From positions 57,972,001 to 58,036,000 of the forward strand of contig NC_086108.1 in NCBI RefSeq assembly GCF_963921235.1: a DNA stretch of 64,000 nucleotides, in the 5' to 3' direction. Positions within the stretch are counted from its first letter, which is position 1. The number at the start of each line of letters is the position of its first letter. A program made the position numbers and the translations under genes. Source of the DNA: Mobula hypostoma (taxonomy: Eukaryota). This document shows, in pieces, positions 1-12,866 of the stretch. The notes below the pieces were generated by a model. It made no database searches. It saw only the letters and a program-made list of their open reading frames with translations, and was not told where the DNA came from.

Positions 1-1045
1 TGCAATGTTAGCATTCATTTTGAGAAGACTTGAATATAAGAGCAAGGATGTAATACTTTATTGTCGCCAAACAATTGATACTAGAACGTACAATCATCAC
101 AGCAATATTTGATTCTGCGCTTCGCGCTCCCTGGAGTACAAGTCGATAGCAAATATTAAAAATTTAAATTATAAATCATAAATAGAAAATTGAAAGGGGA
201 AAGTAAAATAGTCCAAAAAAACCGAGAGGCAGGTCCGGATATTTGGAGGGTACGGCTCAGATCCGGGTCAGGATCTGTTCAGCAGTCTTATCACAGTTGG
301 AAAGAAGCTGTTCCCAAATCTGGCCGTACGAGTCATCAAGCTCCTGAGCCTTCTCCCGGAGGGAAGAGGGACGAAAAGTGTGTTGGCTGGGTGGGTTGTG
401 TCCTTGATTATCCTGGCAGCACTGCTCCGACAGCGTGTAGTGTAAAGTGAGTCTAAGGACGGAAGATTGGTTTGTGTGATGTGCTGGGCTGTGTTCTGAA
501 GCTTATCAGGCACTGTCAGATCACACTTGCAGTATTATGAGCAATTTTGGGCCCTTTATTTAAGAAAATATGTGCTGGCATTGGAGGGTGTTGAGAAGAA
601 GATAATGATAATGATTCCAGGAATGAAAGGATTAACATATGGGGAGCATCTGATAGCTCTGGGCCTGTACTTGCTGGAGTTTATAAGACTGAAAGGAGAT
701 CTCACTGAATATTGAAAGGTCTGGATAGAGTGGATGTGGAGAGGATATTTCCTATAGTGGGTGTCTCTAAGACCAGTGGCCACAGCCTCAGAATTGAGGG
801 ACATCCATTTAGAACAGAGATGACGAAGAATTTTTTTAGCCAGAGGGAGTGAATCTGTGGAATTCATTGCCATACGTGGTTGTGGAGGTCGAGCCATTGA
901 GTATATTTAAAGCGGAGGTTGATAGGCTCTTGATTATTCAGGGGGTCAACGGTTACGAGAAGGCGGCAAGAGAATGGGGGTGAGACAGATAAAAATATCA
1001 GCCATGATGAAATGGCAGAGCAGACTCAATAGGCTGAATAGCCTA
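1..1045 (+). mobile_element. CR1-type LINE 3' fragment, interrupted by a Rex/Babar 3' end
   Basis: Decayed ORF2 C-terminus (YYEQFWALYLRKYVLALEGV..IPGMKGL) and CR1 3' UTR. Homologous to copies at 25692-27130 and 44255-46260. Confidence 0.8.
52..500 (-). mobile_element. Rex1/Babar LINE 3' end
   Basis: Minus ORF ..IIKDTTHPANTLFVPLPSGRRLRS..RFGNSFFPTVIRLLN, nearly identical to 21307-21760. Confidence 0.8.
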
Positions 1046-1669
1046 ATTCTGCTGTGGTCTTATTCAGTGACCCTTAGGTTTAGACTTCTTGGTCAGAAGA
1101 AAAAATTACCATTTAATTTGTTTTAGTAACTTTCTAAATTTTCAATGAGATAGCATTTAATATGGACTTAGATACAACCAGTCTGCAGGTAAGCCAAAGG
1201 AAAGAAATGCAAAGCACCAGCAGCCCAACTTCTTGATGTGGAGTCAGGAAGAGCATTGCTTCTGTGTTTGACTCCTTGCTCAGGACATTTATCATTTGGA
1301 TTCTTTGAACCCCAGTGATTCTATTAGGAATCACCAGCAAAGCTTGAAAACTTAATCCAATATAGAATTTTCTGAAAATGGCTGCAAATCTTATCCAATA
1401 TTTCTCATATTTCATGGGCACAATAATTGCCTAAAGTAAGCCTGACAAATTTAGCAGGTGTTCAAAAGTAAGCAAAAATGTTAGGCTATAATTCAGCAAA
1501 ATAAAACTCACATTGAATCTATTTTTCACCTGAAAATCAACCAGAATAACATTGAATTTAGGTTCCTCCAGTGTCACAAAAACCGTAATGGGTTTTATAC
1601 AGTTGCTATGTTGAGCATGAACCTTTTATGCCATATTCTATGTTTATTTATAACTCTCCCAACTTAGTG

Positions 1670-2000
1670 TTCTGCTCACAGTATGGGCTCCTCTGCAATG
1701 AAGAGACCAGACTGAATCTGGGCTATCACTTTATGGAACAGCTCCATTTAGGTTGCAGGCATGATCCAAGATTTTTCATCACCTGTCATTTTAATTCCCT
1801 GTTTCACGCTCACAATGACCTATCCTGCGCCTCCTACATTTTTCTAGTGAAGCTCAATGTAAGTGCAATGGCAGTACATTATCTTTCTTCTGTTCCAACT
1901 AATCCCTGAAAATCAACTTTATTTCTCTCTCCACAGATGCTGCCCTTCTTGCTAAGTATTTCCTATCTTTTCTGTTTTTATTCCAAGTTAACAGCATTTC
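1670..2000 (+). mobile_element. Old Penelope-like element 3' remnant
   Basis: Degenerate GIY-YIG C-terminal peptide (SQYGLLCNEETRLNLGYHFMEQL), followed by cagatgctgcc..gctaagtatttcc as in other PLE ends in this window. Confidence 0.5.
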
Positions 2001-2059
2001 CTATATGTGTTTCTATTTTCCAACTTTGGCATTTTTTTTGTAGAAGCTGCACTGTGTTA

Positions 2060-2400
2060 GTCATGCCTTTGCCACTGTAGTTTCCTCTTAGCTAGAAGAT
2101 TGGTGGTTGAAATCTAATCCAGGCACTTGAGAAAATAATAAAACACTGAAACTCTTCAGTGAAGTATTGAGCAAGTGTTGGATAATGTAGATGAGTGGCT
2201 AAATGGAATTTCTGCCTATGTCCTTGTGTAGATAGAAAAGGTCCCATGACACACTAGATAAAACTAAAGAGCTCCCGAACATCCTGTAGAACATTTATCC
2301 CTCAACCATCAGGCTAGATGTCTGTGGGATCTTGTAACTTGGAGTACTTTCCTGTGATGGTAAGTAAACTTTAAAAATGCCTCATTGGTTGAGCTATCCT
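2060..2400 (+). mobile_element. Ancient Deu-domain SINE remnant
   Basis: Motifs gtattgag..gtgttg, aaaaggtcccatgacac and aacatttatccctcaacc resemble the recalled DeuSINE central domain. Highly diverged. Confidence 0.45.
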
Positions 2401-3842
2401 GGGCTGGCTCACTGCATGGATCAGTTTCCATGGTGCCCTCCTTTTTTGAACTTACCTTTTGCAAATGTGGCTGATGAACTTTCCTGACCCTCTACACCCA
2501 AGAGACCGAACCAGCTCAAATCAGCAAATGGACCTTTAACCTTGCTATTGAACTCCCATCCAAAGGATATCATCTGACAAACATTTTTAAGCAGTTTAAC
2601 TATTTCAGATGGAGACGTTTCAAACAGAATACTTGTTTGAACATAATTTTAATGCAAGAGTAAACACTTGTATCACGGCTTTGTGAATGGAGATACATTT
2701 CATCAGTGCCAATATTCATAAAGGACTTCCAGTGATATAATCAAAAATTCATTCATTATTCAAGGTCTGAGTCTGTTGCATAAATAACTTTGTGGATCCA
2801 CACTTTCACTTAAATACAACTGAGTTTATTTTATTGCCAACATTTGGGACAATTGCTGAGAGAATGTCTGCTCTCCTCAAAGTCAATAGCGACAGAACCA
2901 GGCGAGTACTCAGAGAGGCACTATGCTACACAAGGCCTTGCTGATCAGCTGGAAGATGAACTCCCATCAGGAGAGTGTATTTGATACCATAATGGGGGGG
3001 GAAAAAGTGTGATCCCTGCACAGCTAACTGGGCAGTTTAGATCACCTATTGTTCGTCAGAAGATATGGCTCACAATGCCCATGCCAGGGATAGTTCATCT
3101 GATATCCTCTGTAAACACTGAATTCAGCTGCTGTTTGATCTTCTTTCACTTTTGAGATCTAAAAAAATCATTGGTTTTATTTTCACTGGTTGCTGTAAAT
3201 ATACTTGTGCTTAGCAATTCTTTTAATAGCTTCTGCTGATCTGTCATTTTTCTGTTTTGTGAACCTGGCCAGTTTATTACCTTGCCTTTATATTCATTTC
3301 AGTCTGCTGTGGTTCCCTTATATTTTATAACACTTTATTGTTTTTTCTTAAATTATTTACAAATTGTCCATTACAGTACGTCCCCTTTAATGTCCTTTAT
3401 CTTTCTTTCCAGTGGAATGTGTATGTCTTGTAAATGAGAGATTAACCTTGTATTCACAACAATAGCACCTTCTTAGCATTTTTATTGTTCATTCATGGTA
3501 TGTGAAGGTCAAGGTAAGGCAATGCTTGCATCTGTTGTCCACACTGACTTGAGGATGCAGTTATAAATCAGACATGATGGTGATCTGAAGTTACAAAAAA
3601 AGCAGATTAAACGAAGATAACAGATGTCTTTCCCTGCAGGACCTTAATAAACCACATGAGTTTTTAATGACAATGCAATCATTGTTAAATTACCAAGACT
3701 AGCATTTTTTTTAAATCTAGTTTTATTGAGTTACATGAATTTAACTTTTTCAGCTGGCCCGGTGAAGGATGCATGTTTGAGTGTGAACTTGTGTTTCTGG
3801 ATCATTTGATAACTGGGTTACAAGTCCAGTAACATAGCCATG

Positions 3843-4264
3843 TGTTACAGTAAGTGTCCATCTTAAATATTCTTTGAAAGCTCGCTACGGATTGGCCCAT
3901 TTAAGGAGCATTGAAGCTCTTTCACTGGCTGCCGTTTGGTGCCAGTGCCAGCTGATGATGTCCCGGTGTAGCTAGAGTATAATTCTAGTGCACTGAAAGC
4001 ACTCGTTCTCTTTTCGCAGTCTGGGTCATTCTGGGCTGCTATTATGACCAAGTGCCATGGAAGTGGTAAACAGTGAAAGTGTGCTGCAGTAAAGAGGACC
4101 CAGGTGCATACTTTAGTTTGCATTTGCTACTGTGCGTAACTTGAGTGAGTTACTGAATGTTTATTGTCTGCCTTGCCCTGTTAATAAATAGTTAACTTAC
4201 TTACCGGCAGTGAGTGTCGTCTTTCCCCACTCACCGAATCCTTCGAACCTGATTTCACACGACA
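3843..4264 (+). mobile_element. Solo LTR (422 bp)
   Basis: TGT...ACA termini and a 5-bp TSD CCATG (3838-3842, 4265-4269). TATA-like atttaa near 3899 and aataaa near 4183. Confidence 0.75.
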
Positions 4265-4728
4265 CCATGACACTATGGTGTCTGTACTTGCCAAATATTT
4301 TGCAGCCAAGTATGAGCTGTTAAAGTGCAGTCACTTTTGTTATGTATTATGTGTATATTTTAAAATATTATTAACATTTTTATACAATGTTGTCCAGTGC
4401 AGTTTCACTACATTCTTCACATAAAGATAATATTTCAGCTTTATACTATAAAAGGTTTATCTTGAATTTTACTACAAAGTGGTAGGTTTTTTTTAAACTC
4501 CAGTTGGCTCTTATCATTTTCTTTCTGCTACTTTATATCATGTACATGTTCAAATGGGTCCCTTGATAGACTGTGTCAGGTATCAATCTAATGTTCCACC
4601 TGTGAAGCACGAGTACAACTGTATATCACTGTTACATAATTAAATCACCAGCCCCAGAATATTTTGAAATGATTAAAAGAATGATGTGCTAATATTTTTC
4701 AGAAGTACATTTGTTTTTGCATTTTTAG

Positions 4729-4785
4729 ACTTACCAAGCTGCGCATTCTGGAGCTCAGAGAAAATCATCTGAAAACTCTACCAAA
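4729..4785 (+). CDS. LRRC7: LRRC7/densin-180-like internal coding exon (57 bp, LRR region)
   Basis: Acceptor tttttgcatttttag and donor gtaagt. Translates (R)LTKLRILELRENHLKTLP(K), matching the LAP-family LRR; RILELRENHLKTLPK fits LRRC7 better than ERBIN (recalled QILELRENQLKMLPK). Phase fits the next exon. Confidence 0.9.
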
Positions 4786-6324
4786 GTAAGTTCACATATA
4801 CATAAAGTTACATATTTGTTTCCTGACTGTTCAAATTTATATAATCAGAATGATCTTTGAAATTTGTTGAATATTCCAAACGGAAGTTGGAGGGCTTCAG
4901 GAACTGAGAAAGTAATAATACCAGACAGGTATAAAAAGGTTAGGATACTCAAGTAGCCAGGATGACTTACTTTCTTTCTCCTTTTATTCCCTGAAGATAT
5001 TAAGCAGAATAGAATTCACAGTTTCTGTATTTTGTCTGGTATCTTACTTAAATGGCTATTTCTCTGTGAGTCAAGGCAGTGACCATGAATCTTGAATAAT
5101 TGTGTTATGTATGTGCGGAACAAGAACGACAGCAGAGCAGTGGGATTAAAAGTTTTTACTGAGTCATGTTGGTCAGAATACACTCTGAGGTGCTTAAAGT
5201 GTGGGCCTGCCAAGATAAAAACATGCACACTCAGAATCCCGGGCAAAAAGAGAGAGCCTGATGGAGGCCCAATCGAATCACAGCATGATCAGTTGGCTGC
5301 ACGCACATTTGCCGCATTCTTGCAATCAATCCAATACAGTTCAAATAGAATCTTAAACTATCCCAATCTGTATCATAATATCCCTTTATCGTGGCTAAAT
5401 TATAATCCTGGAACTTCGTAATGGCAATATGTATGATCCTTTGCCATTTGGATTGCAGCAGTATAAGAAGGCATCAGCATCTCAGGGGAAGTTGGGATTG
5501 GCAATTAACATTGGACTTGGCAGCACCTCCCACATCACTTCAATGAATAAAAATAGCATATTACTACATATCAGCATATTCGTGTTATAACTTGAACATA
5601 AAATTAAAATATTTTTCATGGTATTAACCTACTAATACAACTTAGCAATTGTTGTCAGCAGTATCTTTTAAAGTAACACATCGTTTTAATACTTTCGTTC
5701 CTGCTATGATACTTGGTAACTGTGACTGGATAACTGCAATTTAAAATGATTTATTTTAATGGATGTAGTTCTTTTAGCGTGCCATGCTCTGTACCAAATT
5801 TCCAAAGCGGTCTTGTGATCTGTGAAGCAGGTTTTCATAAAACCTCACCAGTGCTGCTTGGCTGCTTTTTCCAAATTAGTAGCAAGATTTTTTTTTTGTG
5901 TGATTTTTTTTGTGGAAAGAGAGTGGTGAGTCTTCCTATGCTTGACAAAATAACTGCATATAAGAAAATTGACTCCTATGAAAAGCTGAGAATTCATGGT
6001 GTGCCATGAAACTATACCAATTTAACTGTAAAATAACCTTGCTGAGAATCAGCAGTAGACTTGATATAATATGATTTTACAGTTCATTTCCAAATAAGTA
6101 CAGAAATCCCATGCACTTGCTTCTGTTCCTGTGAGACACTGCCATTCAGAATGTTCTGGACTTAAAGACTGTCACACAGTATCTCATTATCAATTCCCAT
6201 GATAAATTTCAGTAATTAATATATTTGCTATATTCCAAAAGTGCTTCATATTTCTAATTAAGGTGCTTCATTTTTAGCTCAAAAGGTTGTTGATAGTGTA
6301 AGGCAAACAGCACACAGAATAGAT

Positions 6325-7092
6325 AGATCATCTGATTGAGTGGTGTCACTACTGCAACCTTGCACTTAATGTAAGACCAAGGAATTGATTGCGGGCTTCG
6401 AGAAGAGAAGTCGAGGCAATGCACATTATCTTCATCAAGGGATCACCAGTGGAAAGGGTGAGCAGTTTCAAGTTTCTGGATGTCAACATTTCTAAAGACG
6501 GATTGATGCAATTACAAAGAGGGTACGGCAGCAGATGTGTTTCATTGGGAGATGGAAGACACTTCGTATGTCATCAAAGACTCCTTGCAAATTCCTACAG
6601 ATGTACCATGCAGAGCATTTGAACTGGTTGCATCACTGCCTTTTTGGAACAGCCATTGCACAGGCTAGGAAAATCCTGCAACTTCAGCCAGCTCCATTAT
6701 GCATTATGGGCATTAGCCTCCCCAGCATCAAGGACATCTTCAGAAGGCAATGCTTCAAAAAGCTGGCATCCGTCACTAAGGACCCCCATCACCCAGGACA
6801 TGCCCTCTTCTCATTGTCACCATCGAGGAGCGGGTATAGGATCCTGAAGACACTGACTCAAAGTTTTAGGAACAGCTTCTTCTCCACCACCATCAGATAT
6901 CTGAATGGACAGTGAACCCATGTACACTAACTCACTACTATTCTTTTATTTTTGCTCTTTTTTTGCCATACATATGTAATTTAATTAATATATATTTTTT
7001 CTTATTATAATTTATGGTTTTTCTTTTATCATTGCTGCTGAGAAAAAACAAATTTCATGAGAATTGCCAGTGATCCCTAAGCTGATTCTGAC
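6325..7092 (+). mobile_element. Rex1/Babar LINE 3' fragment
   Basis: Peptides VERVSSFKFLDVNIS, KDPHHPGHALFSLSPS and FRNSFFS; 3' tail ctgattctga. Confidence 0.8.
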
Positions 7093-7104
7093 GGTATGGA
7101 ATAG

Positions 7105-7275
7105 CAAGTAGAGCTCTGCCTCACTGCTGCAATGACTCAAGGTCAATTCCAAACGCTGCTGCTCACTGCATGGACTTTGCATGTTGTGTGTGTTTCCCCT
7201 GGGGGGGGCTCCTCTTTCCCACCATATCCCAAAGACACAGTTTTGTAAGTTAATTCGCCCCTTGTTAACTATTCT
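7105..7275 (+). mobile_element. V-SINE (HE1-like) remnant
   Basis: tgcctcac head and V-domain-like ggactttgcatgtt...tttcccaccatatcccaaagac...gtaagttaatt. Confidence 0.5.
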
Positions 7276-9004
7276 GTGGTTGGAAATTACCATTGTCTGG
7301 CACTTCCGTGGCATATTTGACAATGATTGGTTAGACCAAAAACAGAATATTTATGAACTAACGTTTTTCTTTATTGGTGCAGTTACAAATGGACATGTAA
7401 TTCGTACAGCTTGGATGAAAGTGAGTTTGAAATTCATACAAGATTAGCTGTCCGTACAATCTCCTACTAGGTTTTCTTGACAATTCCCAAACTGTCAATC
7501 AGAATACAAAAGTTATTACCCAAGAATCATGAGTTAATTCTGAACAAGTGTTCCTCTTGATCCTAACATTATCTCCATGTCACTGGCATATCATTCACTT
7601 CCGGGATGATTGGTCTCCAGAGTTCTTCTTGCTTCTACACCTGCATTCTCTATTCTTAATCTCTTTCTGTACCGTTGTGTTTCCATCTCATTGGTTCTGC
7701 CTTATTGGGCCAGATGCTCCACTGGATCTAGTCCACAATTACAAGCAGCATCACCTCATCGCTCTTCTCCCAACAAGAAGTTGTGCCTCCCATCTCCTCT
7801 GTAGTTTTTTTGAAAGTCAGGTTAATTCAAACCACTTCCAGCCTGCTCATGTCATTTGCTGGGCTCAGGTTACCTTGGTTCATAGACATTTTCTTTTCAT
7901 AGATCTGTATCCCTTCTAGCCTAAAATTGTTACCTGTCACTTCTCAACCTACAGTAAAGATTGTCTAGCTCTTTCTGTGTGCAGGATTGGGCTGCATATA
8001 TAATTAAAATTATGCAATCATCAGCACACATCTACATTTCCAACCTTATGATGGAAGAAAGGTCCTTGATGAAGCAGTTTAAGATGACTGAGGCTAGAAC
8101 AATACCCGAAAGAACTCGTGCAGTATTGTCTTGGCCTGTGATGATTAACCTCTAAAATCCACAGTCATCTCTCTTTGTGTGAGAAATCACTCCAGTCATT
8201 GGGAACATCATAAACATTGCCTCTTGCAGGTTTCTCTTCCAATCTGTACCTAATTTTTCCCAGATTCCCATATGCCACACTCTTTCAAATGTTGTCTGAC
8301 TGTCAAGTTAACACACTCTTCTGCATTCACTTCTAGACTGTTAATATATATAATAAGAAATAAGGGTTCCAACTCTCAACCATGTAGCGTCTTCTCATTA
8401 TTAATTGTACACCCATCCAGAATGACAGTTACATTGTTGAAACTCCAACAGCATCTTCTTCCTTAATGAAGATTGATGTAAGGTACTCATTCAGTATCTC
8501 AGCTATGCCCTCATCCTGCATGAATAAATATTCTTTTTGGTCCTTGATCATTTAGTCTCTCTTTTTTAACACATTTTTGCACGCCTGTTGAATATTTTAA
8601 AATGAACTTTGATGTATCCTGTAAGCTTCTTTTTCTCATGTTTCTTTAATTTCTTTTTCACTTTCCCTCATAACATTTTTTACTGAACTTGGTTTTAACT
8701 TGTATTAACTTGAATTCAGTAATGTTTTTTACTGTATTTTATTCTCTCTTTTTTTGGTCAATGATGGGTGACTGGTTTCAACTGCAGTTCTGCCTGCCAA
8801 GCAATGATTGGAGATTTTGTGGTCTGGATCTGTTTTTGTCCTGCTGAAGCTGACCTTTCTCCAATTTGTTATTTTAAAGCTTGTAGGGTTCTAACCTTTT
8901 CCTTAGTAATTCTAAATTGGTTGCTGCTGTTTCTCAGATGTTTCCCCCAATGATGCGTGCTCTGCCTTGCCTAAATCATTTCCACTCCATATCGGTACTG
9001 ACAT

Positions 9005-9345
9005 ACAAGGGGTGACAGATAGGTTTGTGGTCTAAGGTAGAAAGAGTCAATTTTAGAAAACCTAGCACATTTATTTTTCAACATAGTCCCTTCCTACGTT
9101 TACACACTTAGTCCAGTGGTCATGGAGCATACGGATCTTGGACCTCCAGAAAGTGTCTACAGCAGGGGTGATTGATAAGTTCGTGGCCTAAGGCAGAAGG
9201 AGATGAGTTATACAGCTCTCAGTACATGCACGTGCATTTCAACTCCTTGAGTGATTATGCAGAAAGTTTGAAGTTAATAGCTCATCAGTTAATAACTCAT
9301 CAGGGGTGATTGATAAGTTCGTGGCCTAAGGTAGAAGATGAGTTG
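9005..9345 (+). mobile_element. Mariner-type non-autonomous element fragment with repeated TIR copies
   Basis: Starts ta-caaggggtg. The motif caggggtgattgataagttcgtggcctaagg recurs at ~9163 and ~9301 in direct orientation. Confidence 0.55.
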
Positions 9346-9552
9346 ATGAACGGATCCTGACCCGGATCTGAGCCATACCCTCCAAATATCCAGACCTCCC
9401 TCTCGGTTTTTTTTTTTGCACTACCTTACTTTCCCTTTTCTATTTTCTATTTATGATTTATAATTTAAATTTTCAACATTTGCTATCGTTTTGTACTCCA
9501 GGGAGCGCGAAACACAGAATCAAATATCGCTGTGATGATTGTACATTCTAGT
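9346..9552 (+). mobile_element. Rex1/Babar 3' UTR fragment
   Basis: tgaacggatcctgacccggatctg... matches 21524-21735. Confidence 0.75.
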
Positions 9553-11264
9553 ATTTTGGTGCTATTTACCTCTCCTGATCTTTGTGCACCTTTTTCTCTT
9601 TATTATGTGCTCATCCCCCACCATGTAAATTTACCCTCTTTCCCACTGCAACTCCCGCTCCCCCCCCCCACATGAGCGAACCAGCCCACAAAGGTGTTAT
9701 TCAGTTTAGTCCTATAGTCTCCAAAATCCAAGAATTGAAAGTTCCCTTTCAGCACCAGTTCTCCAACCATTCATTTATCTATGCTGTCCTGCTCTTTCTA
9801 TATTCACTAATGCTTAACACTGTATTCAAGATATGGCTATCTTTGATTTCCTGCTTTTTCATAACTTCTGAAATCAGCCTCCAGAACTGTGTACTCTTTT
9901 ATACTTAGTAATATCTTTAACCTTGGCATCAGGAGGCAGTGTACCATTCTGGAATCATATCTCCAACAATAGAAATGTTTATCTGTTCCTCTGGATGTAA
10001 AGTCAACATAGCTATTGCTCCCTTGGCCTTTCTCTTTCCTCCCTGTGCCTGGTGCTATGGTCATGGGTCTGACTGGAAACCCAGGGAAGCCCTCTACCCA
10101 TGTCAATACTTTGAACTGAATGTTGGTTAAAATATTAAGGTGTCCTCAAGGGTGTTTTGATCTGCCTGCCTGTTGTTTGCTTTTGGTATGGCATCATCAT
10201 ACACACTATTGCTCGTTCTCTCTCCTTCACTAGACAATTACTGTTGTGCTGTTGTCCAGGAGTGGATAATTCTTTCAACTCTTACTTGCTGCAGGATGTG
10301 AATCTGGCCATGCTTCATTCTGTTAGATTAACTGAATAAAAAGAACAAGAAAAAGCTATACTTCAAATATTCTTACTAATAACATTTTAACCTTTTATAT
10401 ACCACATAGGAGGGTGTGAGGACACCCAGCAGGACTAAAAAAAAAAGACCTGACAAACGGCGGATGAGCTCCTTGTGAGCCAACGGCCATCTTCCGTGGA
10501 AGAGTTTAAAGCCTCAACACGTATCTACGAATCGTATGCTATGCACCTAGTTAGAAGAGATATTATGAACTTGGGTGCTGCATCGTGTGACTGGACCTGC
10601 CCAAAGCCTCCACCTAACAAATGGCCGAGCTCGAAGAAGCGGCCGCAGCTGTAGGCCGACACGGCCTCGGGCTCGAGCTCGCCGGTGGGCAGTGCCAAGG
10701 CGGTCAGCGAGAACAAACTGGAAGAGAGGCTGTACTCGGTGCTGTCACAAGATCGAAGAAGATGGAGGTGCATAGCCGCCAACCTTGGATTCAGGACGGC
10801 ACCCACTGACTGACTGACAAATACCATATAGAAAAGTCTTTAATTTGCTGGTTATTAGTTCGAGTCTTTATTTCCTCAATTTCCTGTATTCCTTTTGCTC
10901 CCAGACCTCTCTTTCCCAATCTCATTTCACACCCTCTTTCCACTCACAAGAGCTTTGCATAACTTAGTCTTTTAGAAAGGGTTGAAAATTATCGGTGCAC
11001 TCTCGGTACCATTTGAATTTTGGTACAGTGCTCAGTTCTTCCATTTGTACCCCCGATGCACCACACAACTGTTCAACCTACATCTGCACAAACAGATGTG
11101 TGTCTTCAATCATCTTTTACTTCGCAATCCCAGACTCTGTCATAACTCTCACAGGGCCTCAGTGATGTTGAGGTTGCAGCAGATGCACTGTTGAAGCCCT
11201 GCTCTTCAATGTGTTTTCAGATGCTGCTATTGAAGATTTTAGAACATTTATAAGGTAACATTTA

Positions 11265-11570
11265 TAATATTTCTAGTGTCCTGTTCCAATCAACTTTAGC
11301 CAGATCATCTCTCCTGCCTTTATAATTCCTTTTACTCCATTGTAATACTAATACATGTAATTTTAGCTTCTTGCTCTCAAACTGCAGGGCGAAATCTATC
11401 ACATTATGATCATTGTCTCCTAAGGCTTCCTTTACCTTAAGCTCCATGGGGTCCTGCTTTTCAGCTTTCTACCTAGCTCCTTGCATTCTCTCTTCAGGAC
11501 CTCATCCCTTTTTCTACCTTGCTACCAATATGTACCATGACTTCCAGCTGTTCACCCTCCCTCTTTGACA
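11265..11570 (-). mobile_element. CR1 fragments (endonuclease end and ORF1 piece)
   Basis: Peptide ELKVKEALGDNDHNVIDFALQ; homologous to 40130-40300 and 41410-41510. Confidence 0.65.
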
Positions 11571-12614
11571 AGTGCCTAATAGATCGTTATGATTGAAGCC
11601 CACTGGAAAGTCCCGAAAGGTCCAGGTCTCTTTTTAAACCTTGTGCTGCATCAACCAAACAAGCAAGTGTTCTCGATGATTGAAGCCCACGAAAAGTTCT
11701 CTCAACTTCCTCTTCCTGAAGTGCACATTGGTTTTACTAATGTTGACTGCAAGTTTGTTGTTCCGACAACACTCACACAGCTGATCTATATCACTCCTAT
11801 ATGGCTTCTCATCACCATCTGAGATTCTGCAACTACAGTTGTATCATCAGCAAATTTAAAGAGGATGTTTGAGATGTGCCTTGCCACACTGTCATGGGTG
11901 TAAAGAGAGTAGAGCAGTGATATGCAAACGTGTTTTCAGTTGCAGATGGCGGGGGGGCAGAGGAGAAAACAATAAATTCTATTGTTTCTTAAGAGCATGC
12001 CCCAAGGCCAAACATCTCCAACTGCTTTGTTTCAGTTTTCTGCGATCTTTAAGTTTAAAAGTAGCAATACACACGAATGAATGCACAGTTCCTCTCACAT
12101 GCCTTGAACCCTAACTGTTTAATTTGTTTGTCTTTATAAAATGCTTGCATTTATTTTCTGCTATTCTTTCTGATCTCCAGTCTGTGCAATGTTTTTTGTT
12201 ATTTCTTTCTTGGTATTTCACCAAAGAAAAATTAAAGATTCCTGCGCTTGCTCAAGTCTAATGTGTTTCTTGGCCGCAGGTGGAAATAGTTTGCCTCCCC
12301 GACCAACATTCATCAGTTGATCCCTTCCTCTAAAAGCTGGTAATATATCCCATAGTCTTGTTTGTATGGACCCGTTCTTGCCAGAGGCTGCCAAGCTTCC
12401 CTCCATTGGAGCTGGAGTCCTAATTCAATCTGGTCACAAAATACTTCGGATTGCACAAGGATGAAAATCGTTGTAGATAAACATTATTCATTACTATCGT
12501 CATTATTTCCTTTTCTAATATTGATGATTATTAATATCTACTTGCAGTGTAATGGTATTTGCATAATATAATAACGTGACAATTTGCAAACCCTTTCTTT
12601 CTGAACTGTTGCAG

Positions 12615-12678
12615 GTCAATGCACAGACTGACACAAATTGATCGATTGGACCTGGGCAGTAATGAATTTACAGAGCTG
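12615..12678 (+). CDS. LRRC7: LRRC7-like internal coding exon (64 bp)
   Basis: Acceptor ctgttgcag and donor gtaaga. The first base completes the Lys codon split from the previous exon (aa+g). Translates SMHRLTQIDRLDLGSNEFTEL. Confidence 0.9.
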
Positions 12679-12866
12679 GTAAGAATAAATTTAAAACAGG
12701 TTGAAACAAATTAATCAGGTGCCACTAACTTTGGCAATTATCATATACCAAAAGAATAATCAATTCAATATTGTGAAGTCTGTTGGCTCATTTAACATCT
12801 ATTTTATATTTGGGTAACTGAGCGCTCAAAATATATCTCCTTGTCATGCATCTGTCACAAAAGAGC

